Virus record (IMG/VR): IMGVR_UViG_3300020138_000004
Span: 1-40,649 of that record
Source of the DNA: a virus
Direction: 5' to 3' (one strand)
Length of the DNA stretch: 40,649 nucleotides
The notes under the pieces are model-generated. The model ran no database searches, was not told the DNA's origin, and saw nothing but the letters and a program-made list of their open reading frames with translations. The translations under genes were made by a program, and so were the position numbers. Positions 6,965 through 15,465 of the stretch are shown here, one piece after another. Position 1 is the stretch's first letter, and each line of letters opens with the position of its first letter.

Positions 6965-7431
6965 GGTTTTTTCTCCTCAAAATGTACAAGGTCTTTGACT
7001 TTCCACTCCCCGCCCCACGTGATCGGAATTCCAAGATCGTTCCCGCAGGAATAGAAGGCTTTGGCAATTTCGTAATACGGTTCCGGCTCCCATGTGCCTT
7101 TGCCGCCGACAAGGGCCATAACATCGATCGCTTCCCCGTCCTGGTGCCGGGAGCGGTTTACCCAGCTCACCCCGCGGGCGATCATGGAACGCTGTTCTTC
7201 CTCTGTCCGAAACCCGTGATAAACAACAAAATCGACCTTCGTGCGCTTTATAGCGCAATGGGCTACGGCCTGAATCCGTGGGGAGGTCGGGGCGAGAGTG
7301 TTTAAGGAACGCTGACTGAACGCAAAGCCAGAATAAATGATGGCCGCACTTGCTGTCGCCAGTGTCGCCGCTCGCGCCGGCGTAACAAAAAGGCCCCGAA
7401 GGGCCTGCGCAATGGTTCTTATGAACGCCAT
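6961..7431 (-). CDS. Endolysin, peptidase M15 type, with a possible SAR/signal N-terminus
   Basis: Zn-ligand motifs SRHQDGEAIDVM and DLVHFE match the H..G.A.D ... D..H pattern of VanY/T5-type endopeptidases. Track ORF 6961..7545 is trimmed to ATG 7431. The N-terminus ARAATLATASAAIIYSGFAF is weakly hydrophobic and rich in Ala/Ser/Thr/Gly. Confidence 0.8.
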   Translation of the reverse strand: MAFIRTIAQALRGLFVTPARAATLATASAAIIYSGFAFSQRSLNTLAPTSPRIQAVAHCAIKRTKVDFVVYHGFRTEEEQRSMIARGVSWVNRSRHQDGEAIDVMALVGGKGTWEPEPYYEIAKAFYSCGNDLGIPITWGGEWKVKDLVHFEEKKP

Positions 7432-7649
7432 TTTTCCCACTTTTCCCGGAACGCGCTTCCCCATCCAGCGACAACCCCATAGGCTTTTGGGATGAGAATG
7501 ACGATTTGGGCGCCCAGATAAAGAAGCGTCAGGATCGCAACCCATTCGTTCAGCGTTATGCCGTATACCGTGACCATCGCGGCGGCCCCGCCTAATCTTG
7601 CCGTTTCTACCTTTGAATCAATATCCATGACTGAATCCCTATAGCTCAT
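7419..7649 (-). CDS. Holin (two TM helices; Met1/Met8 possible dual start)
   Basis: 76 aa. Hydrophobic segments are LGGAAAMVTVYGI and WVAILTLLYLGAQIVILI, and the C-terminus REKWEKWRS is charged. It lies directly upstream of the endolysin and overlaps it. Confidence 0.7.
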   Translation of the reverse strand: MSYRDSVMDIDSKVETARLGGAAAMVTVYGITLNEWVAILTLLYLGAQIVILIPKAYGVVAGWGSAFREKWEKWRS

Positions 7650-8422
7650 GCTCTATAACGTAAAATTACAATTCCATCTGTCCCTGCAACCGCCGCAAAA
7701 TATCCAACGGCTCCGGCATGGCCACCCGATCCGGGTCCTAAAGCTGGCTGTGCTCCCGCACTAATCCCGTTTCCACCTGTTGCGTAGGTAACTGATGTTC
7801 CTGAAATAGAGCTTGGATATCCAGCGCCACCAAATCCCGTTCCTGTATCAGTCCCATTTTGCCCCACCCCGCCAGCCCCGCCACCACCCCCGCCCCATCC
7901 ACCAGCATCTGTACCGCCTAAATTTCCAAGAGAAGTCAGACCTGCTATATTGGTACCCGGCAGGGCATTAGCACTCCGAGCCGCAAGATATGAAGCTCCG
8001 GCCCCAGAGCCTCCATCAGGCGCTGTTCCGCCTGTAGGATATGAGTTTGATCTAGCGCCTCCTAATGCTGTTACAAGGCTTCCTATTGTGGTGTCCCCAC
8101 CGTTAGTGCCATTCGTACCGCCCGCGGGTACGGCTCCACCAGCGCCGATCGTGATTGAATGTGTTCCAGTGGGGATACCGAGATTACCGTACAAAAGCCG
8201 TCCAGCCCCACCGCCACCGGACCCAGCTCCGCCGCCCGTAGAGTTACTTGGGGCACCGCCGCCGCCAACAAGCAATACTTCGAATAGGCCGCCATTGATA
8301 ACTGTAAGCGTGCCGCTTGAAGTAAAAGTATGAATTCGATATCCCCCTGATGTGGTTATCGTACCGCCCGTTGCAAGGGGCTTGTTCGTGACAAGCAGGC
8401 TGGGGAAATTATAATAAGACAT
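7646..8422 (-). CDS. Glycine-rich-domain protein (tail-associated?)
   Basis: Track ORF trimmed to ATG 8422 (TAATG overlap with the fibre stop). The sequence GGYRIHTFTSSGTLTV...EVLLVGGGGAP...GGGAGSGGGGAG followed by long Gly runs resembles the glycine-rich domain seen at phage tail-fibre loci, recalled from memory. Confidence 0.6.
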   Translation of the reverse strand: MSYYNFPSLLVTNKPLATGGTITTSGGYRIHTFTSSGTLTVINGGLFEVLLVGGGGAPSNSTGGGAGSGGGGAGRLLYGNLGIPTGTHSITIGAGGAVPAGGTNGTNGGDTTIGSLVTALGGARSNSYPTGGTAPDGGSGAGASYLAARSANALPGTNIAGLTSLGNLGGTDAGGWGGGGGGAGGVGQNGTDTGTGFGGAGYPSSISGTSVTYATGGNGISAGAQPALGPGSGGHAGAVGYFAAVAGTDGIVILRYRA

Positions 8423-11016
8423 TATCCTTCTTGTGCTACCCCCGTCACATCCCATTTTGTGTCGTTTGAGTTATAAATCATGGACAAATAGAGCCATTTG
8501 GATGCAACCGTCGTTGTTGGTAAAAGAACCCCTACCGCCCTGTAAATCGCATTATAGGAAAGTGTCCTTGGGGTTCCATTATCCTTTATACGAATGATTA
8601 GAGCCTGCCCATTTTGCGGTGATCCTGTTGGCGGCTGCAAGGTGGCGTTCGCAGCGAGGGCGGTTATTTCGTATAAATCATCGAGATTAACTGCCGGGGT
8701 TGGTGTGGCGCTGGAAGTTGTGGACGCCGCCCGTGGATTGATGCGCTTATTAGATAGAGTCTCATACCCAGAAGGAGTTATATAATCCGTTCCAGCGACA
8801 GCTGCGGAGACGAGGCCTGAACCGTTCGCTTTCAAGATTCCATTAACAGATCCCGCTCCGCCATAAGACGATCCAATGACGGAGGCATTCCACACGCCAG
8901 ACGAAATGGTCCCTACCGTTGTAATTGTGCCCTGCCCTGTATAGGTCGAGGCAATGTCAATCGCCGGATTCCCCGATACGCCATTGCCGTTCGTCACAGT
9001 GATGCGATTTGCCGTTCCGGTAATTGTGCGGCCCGTAAAGGTGTCTGCGGCCGTTTGTGTCATCAAGCCGATGGTATTGTAGGCGGCCAGCGCCGTCAAT
9101 GTCGCGTCGGAATTTTGCTTAGCGTTTAGCTGGGTTTGAATGGACGACGTAACCCCGCTTACATATCCTATTTCTGCTGAAGTTGTCGTTGCCGGGCTGA
9201 TAAAACCGGAGGCGTCAGAAATCAAAGCGCGGCTTGCCGTTGTCGCTGCGAGCTTGCTCAGGGAAATCGCCGCCGAGGAATTAACATCAGCATTGACAAT
9301 AGCCCCGGCGGCGATAGACGTTGCGAACGATCCGGTCCCCGAACCCGTCACATCTCCCGTCAATGTAATGGTCTGGTCCCCGGTGTTCGTGCCGGAAAGC
9401 GTAGCGTTTCCCGATACAGTCAAGGTCCGGTTGGAATCATTGACTACAACAGATAGAGTTCTGTTCGCGGTCAATGTTTCCCCGGAGGATATTGCAAGAT
9501 TGTAATCGCCAGACTGATCGTCAATCCTTAAACCCGCATTGGAAAAATATGAGGCGCTTGTGAAGTAATTAGGCTGATATGAAGTTATGCCATTCGCATA
9601 TATCTGGCCTCCGTCGTCTATTGTCACGTTTGAATTTTGTATGATCTTGCCGGTTGTGCCGTCATACCGAACAATGGCGTTGTCTGAGGAACTTGAAGGG
9701 CCTGTGACATCGCCCCCACCGCCGCCGCCAGAGGCGCTAATAACATAAGGGCTTCCTATGTTCCCGGCCCCGGAAATGCTAACATTCGACCCAGCTTGTA
9801 TAAGCCCAAAAATATTGGATATCTTACTGTCGATCTGGGTCTGAATCGCGGAGGTTACGCCACCAAGATATTGGAATTCCGTGTTGGATACTGATCCATC
9901 CGCGATCTTGGTCGCCGCAATGGCAGCACTGGCGTTGATGTCGGCATTGACAATAACGCCGGCCGCGATGGAAGTTGCGTTGCCCGTGCTGGTCACGTCG
10001 CCGGTAAGGTTTGCGTTTGTTACAACGGTCGTGGCCGCGATCGTGCCCGATCCGCTCGTGGCGAGTGATGCGCCCGAGCCGACGACCATTGCGGCCGCGG
10101 TGTTCGTCCCGGAAGTAATATCATTAAAAGCCGATGATCCCCCGCCACCGGACCCATTGGAGGCCGCAGTAATGCGTCCCTTGGCGTCAACCGTAATGTT
10201 GGCGTTCGTAAAAGACCCGACGTTAGAATTGACTGTTGCCAGTGTCGCCCCGGCTGATCCCGGCCCGGAAGCCGAAACATCACCGGTAAGGTCTGTGATG
10301 TAGCTGCCGGAATCCTGCTTCCCGTCTATCTGTGTTTGAATTGAGGATGTTACGCCATCTAGGTATTGAAACTCAGTGTTGCTGACGGAGCCATTGGCGA
10401 TCTTGGATGCATCCAGCCCGCTTATATTAAGGGTAATGGCTGGCGTGGTTGTCGGGTTGTTTACGGTTCCTGAAATGCCGTTGGCGGTGTTCACCGATAC
10501 ATTGGTTACCGTCCCTGAACCGCCACCAGAACCGGGCGCATTGGCTTCCGCGACAAGGCTCCATTTGTCATCGGTCTGGTTAAATAGGATATAGGCGGAC
10601 TGATAGCTTTGATCGAGAACGTATGTCGGCGCACCGTCAATATCCTTTCCGTTCCCGTCAATGGTTATGTTGTAGGAATTTGCATCCCCCTTTGCGTCCT
10701 TGATGACCAAAATCTGGTTTACCGGGTCAGCCGGAAGGGTAACAGTCGTTGCCTCATCCGGTGATTTATTGATGAGAATGACAAAATCATCTGGAAAGAC
10801 TTCTACATCGCCGGACGTAACAACCCTTTCATTCGGTTGCGTCGAAATTCCATTGATCGTGACATCGGTAAGAACGACATTGCTGATATTGCCGCCAGCA
10901 AAGAACACATCATAGTATTCCTGTCCGGCAATTACCGTGCCGCCTTCATATTCATCCGGCCGGTCAGGAATATGCGTGAGGCGTTTGAGCGCCTGATAGG
11001 TTACGTCGCCGCTCAT
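8422..11016 (-). CDS. Tail fibre protein (864 aa) with internal repeats
   Basis: The motif (N/S)TEFQYL.GVTS.IQTQ(I/L)..K occurs three times. The segment LTGDVT..G....SIAAG.IVNAD(I/V)N.SAAI occurs twice. Composition is Ser/Thr/Gly/Asn-rich. It lies at the end of the structural block. Confidence 0.85.
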   Translation of the reverse strand: MSGDVTYQALKRLTHIPDRPDEYEGGTVIAGQEYYDVFFAGGNISNVVLTDVTINGISTQPNERVVTSGDVEVFPDDFVILINKSPDEATTVTLPADPVNQILVIKDAKGDANSYNITIDGNGKDIDGAPTYVLDQSYQSAYILFNQTDDKWSLVAEANAPGSGGGSGTVTNVSVNTANGISGTVNNPTTTPAITLNISGLDASKIANGSVSNTEFQYLDGVTSSIQTQIDGKQDSGSYITDLTGDVSASGPGSAGATLATVNSNVGSFTNANITVDAKGRITAASNGSGGGGSSAFNDITSGTNTAAAMVVGSGASLATSGSGTIAATTVVTNANLTGDVTSTGNATSIAAGVIVNADINASAAIAATKIADGSVSNTEFQYLGGVTSAIQTQIDSKISNIFGLIQAGSNVSISGAGNIGSPYVISASGGGGGGDVTGPSSSSDNAIVRYDGTTGKIIQNSNVTIDDGGQIYANGITSYQPNYFTSASYFSNAGLRIDDQSGDYNLAISSGETLTANRTLSVVVNDSNRTLTVSGNATLSGTNTGDQTITLTGDVTGSGTGSFATSIAAGAIVNADVNSSAAISLSKLAATTASRALISDASGFISPATTTSAEIGYVSGVTSSIQTQLNAKQNSDATLTALAAYNTIGLMTQTAADTFTGRTITGTANRITVTNGNGVSGNPAIDIASTYTGQGTITTVGTISSGVWNASVIGSSYGGAGSVNGILKANGSGLVSAAVAGTDYITPSGYETLSNKRINPRAASTTSSATPTPAVNLDDLYEITALAANATLQPPTGSPQNGQALIIRIKDNGTPRTLSYNAIYRAVGVLLPTTTVASKWLYLSMIYNSNDTKWDVTGVAQEG

Positions 11017-11354
11017 TAATTGTTATCCCATGCAACGATGTCGAGGTCTGGATTGGTGGCCGCGCCGATAGCTACGTAAATAGAAGGGTAGTCATCAATC
11101 TTGTCGCCGTTTCCTACTTTAAATGTGTAGGCACCGTTCGCTGTAATAGAAGGAGACGATCCGTTGATAGGCGCGAGAGGAAGGAGCGTTATTCCACCAT
11201 CCGGCGAGAGGTTGACGGTTACCGTTCCCGTCCCAAACGTCCCGTACACACCAAGGGTGAATAGGCAAGATTCGGAACCATTGCGGGGTTTGTGTACGTC
11301 AAAGACTTTGGCATTGGTATTTTGCGCCGAAAGCGCGGCGGTATATTTGGACAT
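11016..11354 (-). CDS. Small structural protein of unknown function (112 aa)
   Basis: ORF with SD GGAGAAAACAG before the ATG. Its stop overlaps the fibre start. The sequence looks beta-rich. Confidence 0.55.
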   Translation of the reverse strand: MSKYTAALSAQNTNAKVFDVHKPRNGSESCLFTLGVYGTFGTGTVTVNLSPDGGITLLPLAPINGSSPSITANGAYTFKVGNGDKIDDYPSIYVAIGAATNPDLDIVAWDNN

Positions 11355-11367
11355 CTGTTTTCTCCAA

Positions 11368-11389
11368 TAAAAAAGCCCCCGAAGGGGCT
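11368..11389 (-). terminator. Intrinsic terminator inside the late operon
   Basis: Hairpin AGCCCC-CGAA-GGGGCT (11374..11389) followed on the minus strand by a T run. It lies between the stop of the 690-aa gene (11396) and the SD of the next gene. Confidence 0.65.
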
Positions 11390-11395
11390 GGTTGG

Positions 11396-13468
11396 TTATT
11401 GCTGGTTGGCTAGTGATCGTGCGCCGGATATGGCCGAGGTCTGTGCGGGCCCTGATCTTATTAAAAGATCAAGAGCTTCATTTTTGGGCAGGCGTAAGAC
11501 ACTTTCTGGACGTTTAAGAGCTAGATTAATAAGTGCCTGATTAGAGTTTATGCCGGATTGAAAGGCTCTATTTGTCCCAATACCTCCCCCTGTAACCGCT
11601 AAAGCGGACAATGGATCAAGGGCAAATCCCGCAATGGCTCCCAGACCGGCACTTTTTTGGAACGTGTCTGACCCACCTTTTTTAGCAAGAAACTCCTTAC
11701 CAATTCTTGCTAGGTCTACCAAATCATCCGCTCCAGTTTCCGTTTTGGATGCCTTGATATATTTGCTCGCCCCTACTCTGTTTAAAAGCTGAGTGGGATT
11801 AATGCTCCCGTCCGTAGATTTCTCTAATAGGGGCTCAATCGTTTTAAGGTTTCTCCATTGACGCCTTGCGTCTTTCAGAGCTTGGGTCTTTACTTCATCC
11901 AAACCGCCCACTATTCCATCATCGACAACTTGTGCGATGTCACCAAGAAACTCTCTAGCCCCACCACTTGCCCGAGGGATTTTCTTTATGAGTTCCGATC
12001 TAAAGGAAGCAAGCTTTTCTCCGCCTATTGTTCGGTTTGGGCCTATTTCAGCCGATAGCTTGTCTACGTTCTTTCTAACGATTTTTGCTAAATCTTCTGT
12101 TAGGACATAATCTGCCTCTGCGGCAATTTTATTAAGCTGGGCGATCATGTCATCGCTGACCTCGACCGTCTCACCACTCAATACAGCCTGGAATGTATTA
12201 CCAATGCGCTTAGTCGAAGCGTTGATTACATCCGGCGTTAGCTCATCCGCGTCTGTCCCAATAGTTTTGGCGACCGCTTTTGTCCACGCAGCTTGTTGTG
12301 TTTTTTCAAACGCCTCAACACCATTAAAAGGCACTTCTTGTGAAATTTTCTGGACAGTGTTTCTTACGCGAGAAGGCGCAATTTGATCCGCCCGAAGCGG
12401 TATTCCTAAATCTTTGGCTCTTTGCGCTAGAGGCTTTATTGCTTCGTCGATTTTAGGAACAATGGCGTTTACAGCCCCAGAGGCTCCAGCACTAAACAAA
12501 GGAACGGCCCCACCGCCAACAGCGCCCAGAACAGCACCTCTGCCCATAGAGGCGGCGCGATCTTCGCCCACGCCCGAACCATATCCATATAGTCCACCGG
12601 ATGCCGAACCAGCAAGCGCGCCTTTAGCAATACGCGCCAGGGTGTTGCCAGACCGAATGAAATTCCCAATAGCGGAGCCCGCTTTGGTAGTTGCTCCTGC
12701 GATTCCTGTTCCAAGACCACCTAATATATTCCCTGCTACTGCGGCTCCGGGCCTTTGTTCCCACTGTCTCTTATTGCGCTCTGCGGTCTTTGCTCTCGCT
12801 ATCTCTAAAAGAGCATCATAAGGCTCGTCAGTAACTAAAAAAGCCCCCAACGCACCCAATCGGTCTGAAGCCTCATCAGCGAGGCCAAATGTAGCCCCCT
12901 GCATCGTTTGGTCAAAAATAGTTCGGCTAATGCCTTCTTTGACAGAGTCAGATGAGGCCAATGGTAGGCCCACTCCAGCCAGTTTGGCAAGTTCTTCGTT
13001 GCTCAAATCTTCATAATTTGGCTGATCCTGACTGTTTTTGGACGAAACACCCGCAATTTTCATCAATTCTTCATCGGTAAGGGCCGAAAAATCCTGATTG
13101 CCGTAAAAATGCGCTACGGCTTCGGGACCACCCTCCATTTCCACCATTGCAGGCATAACAGCCTCAAGATCAGCTTCCGTTAAGGCTTGATTTGCAGGCA
13201 ATCCGGTACGGGAAGAGACAAAATCAATGTAATTCTGAGTGTCGTTTTCAGTCGGAGGCGCCCATGTGGAAAGAAGATTTTCGAGAGTCGGCTCATACCC
13301 TTCCCCATATTTTGAAAGCATGGCCGGGCTTTCCCCGGCAATCTTTAAAAGCAGGTCCTGCCGCATGGCATCCAAACCTTCTTGGGGGCTGCTGAAGGAT
13401 TGAAACCCATCATTCTGTCCCACAGGCCGCAGATTACCAGGATTGTTGTACTGGACTGACAAGACCAT
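11396..13468 (-). CDS. Large internal virion/ejection protein (690 aa)
   Basis: It has an N-terminal YNNPGNLRP module and central Gly/Ala-rich hydrophobic stretches (GNILGGLGTGIAGATT, GAVLGAVGGGAVPLFSAGASGAV). Its position, last of three consecutive non-enzymatic proteins after the tail genes, parallels T7 gp14-16. Confidence 0.55.
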   Translation of the reverse strand: MVLSVQYNNPGNLRPVGQNDGFQSFSSPQEGLDAMRQDLLLKIAGESPAMLSKYGEGYEPTLENLLSTWAPPTENDTQNYIDFVSSRTGLPANQALTEADLEAVMPAMVEMEGGPEAVAHFYGNQDFSALTDEELMKIAGVSSKNSQDQPNYEDLSNEELAKLAGVGLPLASSDSVKEGISRTIFDQTMQGATFGLADEASDRLGALGAFLVTDEPYDALLEIARAKTAERNKRQWEQRPGAAVAGNILGGLGTGIAGATTKAGSAIGNFIRSGNTLARIAKGALAGSASGGLYGYGSGVGEDRAASMGRGAVLGAVGGGAVPLFSAGASGAVNAIVPKIDEAIKPLAQRAKDLGIPLRADQIAPSRVRNTVQKISQEVPFNGVEAFEKTQQAAWTKAVAKTIGTDADELTPDVINASTKRIGNTFQAVLSGETVEVSDDMIAQLNKIAAEADYVLTEDLAKIVRKNVDKLSAEIGPNRTIGGEKLASFRSELIKKIPRASGGAREFLGDIAQVVDDGIVGGLDEVKTQALKDARRQWRNLKTIEPLLEKSTDGSINPTQLLNRVGASKYIKASKTETGADDLVDLARIGKEFLAKKGGSDTFQKSAGLGAIAGFALDPLSALAVTGGGIGTNRAFQSGINSNQALINLALKRPESVLRLPKNEALDLLIRSGPAQTSAISGARSLANQQ

Positions 13469-14475
13469 TATTTAATCACCCCTCTTTGACGGAGAATTTC
13501 AAGGGCTTGTTCTTTCGTTGGCCTTGTCGCAGCTGATAGATTCTGACCTGTTTGACGCTGAAGAGATTTAATTTGTTCTACTTTATTTGTAATGAATGAA
13601 CGCAGGACCGCATCCTTTTCGGACGGAGATGCATCAGGATCGCCCAACGTTTTCTTGAGGCTTTCGCCCTCTTTTTCGGTAAATTGCGCACCGAAGGTCT
13701 GCCTCAACAAAGGAAGGATCTCATTGTCAACCGTAGACAGATACTCTTTGCGCGCTACTGCCGATGCCGGAACATCAACTCCTGCTTGGCGCATTACAAA
13801 ATCTCTTCCCTGACCCGCCAATGTATAGGTCGCTATCTTTCCAAGTTCACTAAGCCTTCCAACGACGCGTTCCAGATTAGGTAAATTTGCTTCAAGGCTC
13901 GACAAAGAAGCCTGCGCTGTACCTAACTCCGATCCTCTGGCTTTGGCGGCAGCGGCGGCCTCTTCAACCGCCGCTGTGACTTGTGGCTGTAAACCTAACT
14001 GCGTTTGCAATCTCCCTTGTTCGGCCGCAGCGGCTTGTGCACCCCTTACATCTGGACGATCTTGTGGCGCGAGAGTCTTCGTTGCTACCGGTGCAACCTG
14101 CCCGCCCATTCCCAAGACCCCATAGCCGCTCCCAAGATCGAGGACTTGCTGCGCCCGCTTTACACCCAAATATGATTTCTGCTGATCCTCAGGAAGCTTA
14201 CTGAAATACTGATATTCCTGAATGGCTGCCGGAAGGTCGGGATTTAACCCAGTTTCCTGTGCGCGCTTATATTTAGCAAGAGCCATCAGGGCATCAGGAG
14301 AGCCAGTTGCGGCGCCTAAGCCGGTTAAAAGCTGTTCCGCCGTTAAATCCGGTTGTCCTGCCAGTTCCTGAAGAGCATCGCGCGTCCTCATGGTTTGGCG
14401 ATAATCGCTGATCGCGCGGCCCGGTTTTGTTGCACCGACTAGCGCCTCAAGAAATCCCATTTCTGCCATTTTCAA
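13468..14475 (-). CDS. Internal virion protein candidate (335 aa)
   Basis: Ala/Gln/Leu-rich helical ORF. It is tightly coupled (shared-base junction) to the 690-aa gene. Confidence 0.5.
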   Translation of the reverse strand: MKMAEMGFLEALVGATKPGRAISDYRQTMRTRDALQELAGQPDLTAEQLLTGLGAATGSPDALMALAKYKRAQETGLNPDLPAAIQEYQYFSKLPEDQQKSYLGVKRAQQVLDLGSGYGVLGMGGQVAPVATKTLAPQDRPDVRGAQAAAAEQGRLQTQLGLQPQVTAAVEEAAAAAKARGSELGTAQASLSSLEANLPNLERVVGRLSELGKIATYTLAGQGRDFVMRQAGVDVPASAVARKEYLSTVDNEILPLLRQTFGAQFTEKEGESLKKTLGDPDASPSEKDAVLRSFITNKVEQIKSLQRQTGQNLSAATRPTKEQALEILRQRGVIK

Positions 14476-14480
14476 TATCC

Positions 14481-15161
14481 TTAAAACAAATCTACCAAAC
14501 TGCCGAGAATTCCCTTGCTGGAAGAAGCTATTCCCGATGATGTAGATCCGCCGGATTGAGGAATCGCCCCTAAGAGGGTTCCATACATTTGCAGCGCATT
14601 AAACGGCGCCTGATTTGTGGCTGTATCAAGGCTGCGCTCAAACCCGCCGATTCCTAGAAGGTTGGAAATGTCCTGCTGCCTTAGATTGGCAAGCGGACCC
14701 AAAACATTATTCAAGGCGGTGTTATAGGCATTCTGCCGAAACTGCCCGATATTGTTCAGGCGGTTTTGCTCGACATCGGAAGTCCCCAGAAAGGACCGGT
14801 TCGACCCCATCTGCCCTGCCTGCGTTGCGTATTGGTTTATAAGGGAGTTTTGTCCCTGCGCTTCCCGGTTTATTCCTCCAATCACATAATCATCATATGG
14901 ATTCAGGAACATATTCAAATCGCTGACGAGTGATTGTTGCGTCGGCGCAATCCCCTGTCTTATCTGCCCAAATGCGTTTTGTTCGTCCTGCGTAATGGGC
15001 ATAGGCGTAAAAGCCGCCGAATTATCGTCAGAAAAAAGATTGCTCAGCTGCGAACCGTATTGCGTATAGGCCTGCTGTAGTTGCGGCGGAAGAAGGCCAA
15101 ACCCAGATTGAGAGCTTTGTTTTTGCTCGCTTCCACCAAATAACTTATCAAAAAATCCCAA
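14481..15161 (-). CDS. Gln/Asn-rich internal virion protein candidate (226 aa)
   Basis: Low-complexity Q/N/S/G-rich ORF within the structural block. No motif recognised. Confidence 0.5.
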   Translation of the reverse strand: MGFFDKLFGGSEQKQSSQSGFGLLPPQLQQAYTQYGSQLSNLFSDDNSAAFTPMPITQDEQNAFGQIRQGIAPTQQSLVSDLNMFLNPYDDYVIGGINREAQGQNSLINQYATQAGQMGSNRSFLGTSDVEQNRLNNIGQFRQNAYNTALNNVLGPLANLRQQDISNLLGIGGFERSLDTATNQAPFNALQMYGTLLGAIPQSGGSTSSGIASSSKGILGSLVDLF

Positions 15162-15168
15162 TTTTCAC

Positions 15169-15465
15169 CTACCATGTAATATCGAGGGCAACACGCCCCC
15201 ATTTTGCCGTTCCACCGTCATCTAAGAGGGTGAAGTAATAAAAAACACCGGAATCCTCTGCGATATTGAAGTCGCCAATTCTGTCCGAAGCCGACACATC
15301 CAAAACCGAAGACGGTATCTTGCCGACCTTCCGCCCAGCCATGAACCTGCTATCCAGATTGCGGAAATCGTTAATGTCATTGGGCCTCTCGCGCGTGATA
15401 AACCTTAAAAGCTCAAACGCGTCGCCTTCTGTCTTCGGTGTGATCTGCGGATAGTCGTTCATCAC
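15169..15465 (-). CDS. Small structural-block protein (98 aa)
   Basis: ORF overlapping the stop of the upstream 681-aa gene. No motif recognised. Confidence 0.5.
   Translation of the reverse strand: MMNDYPQITPKTEGDAFELLRFITRERPNDINDFRNLDSRFMAGRKVGKIPSSVLDVSASDRIGDFNIAEDSGVFYYFTLLDDGGTAKWGRVALDITW

Noticed and set aside
7950-8333. 127-aa Pro-rich + strand ORF
   Set aside because: It is the antisense shadow of the Gly-rich gene 7646..8422, because GGN codons read as NCC on the other strand. It has no SD, and its orientation opposes the operon.
9140-10594. Several + strand ORFs (9140..9505, 9881..10303, 10376..10594) inside the tail fibre gene
   Set aside because: They are antisense shadows of a long, compositionally biased Ser/Thr/Gly/Ala-rich gene. 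The minus-strand 864-aa ORF, with its repeated fibre motifs, explains the region.
8422-11016. Diversity-generating retroelement acting on the tail fibre
   Set aside because: No reverse transcriptase ORF is present. I saw no non-coding template repeat matching the fibre 3' end. The fibre repeats are in-frame protein modules.
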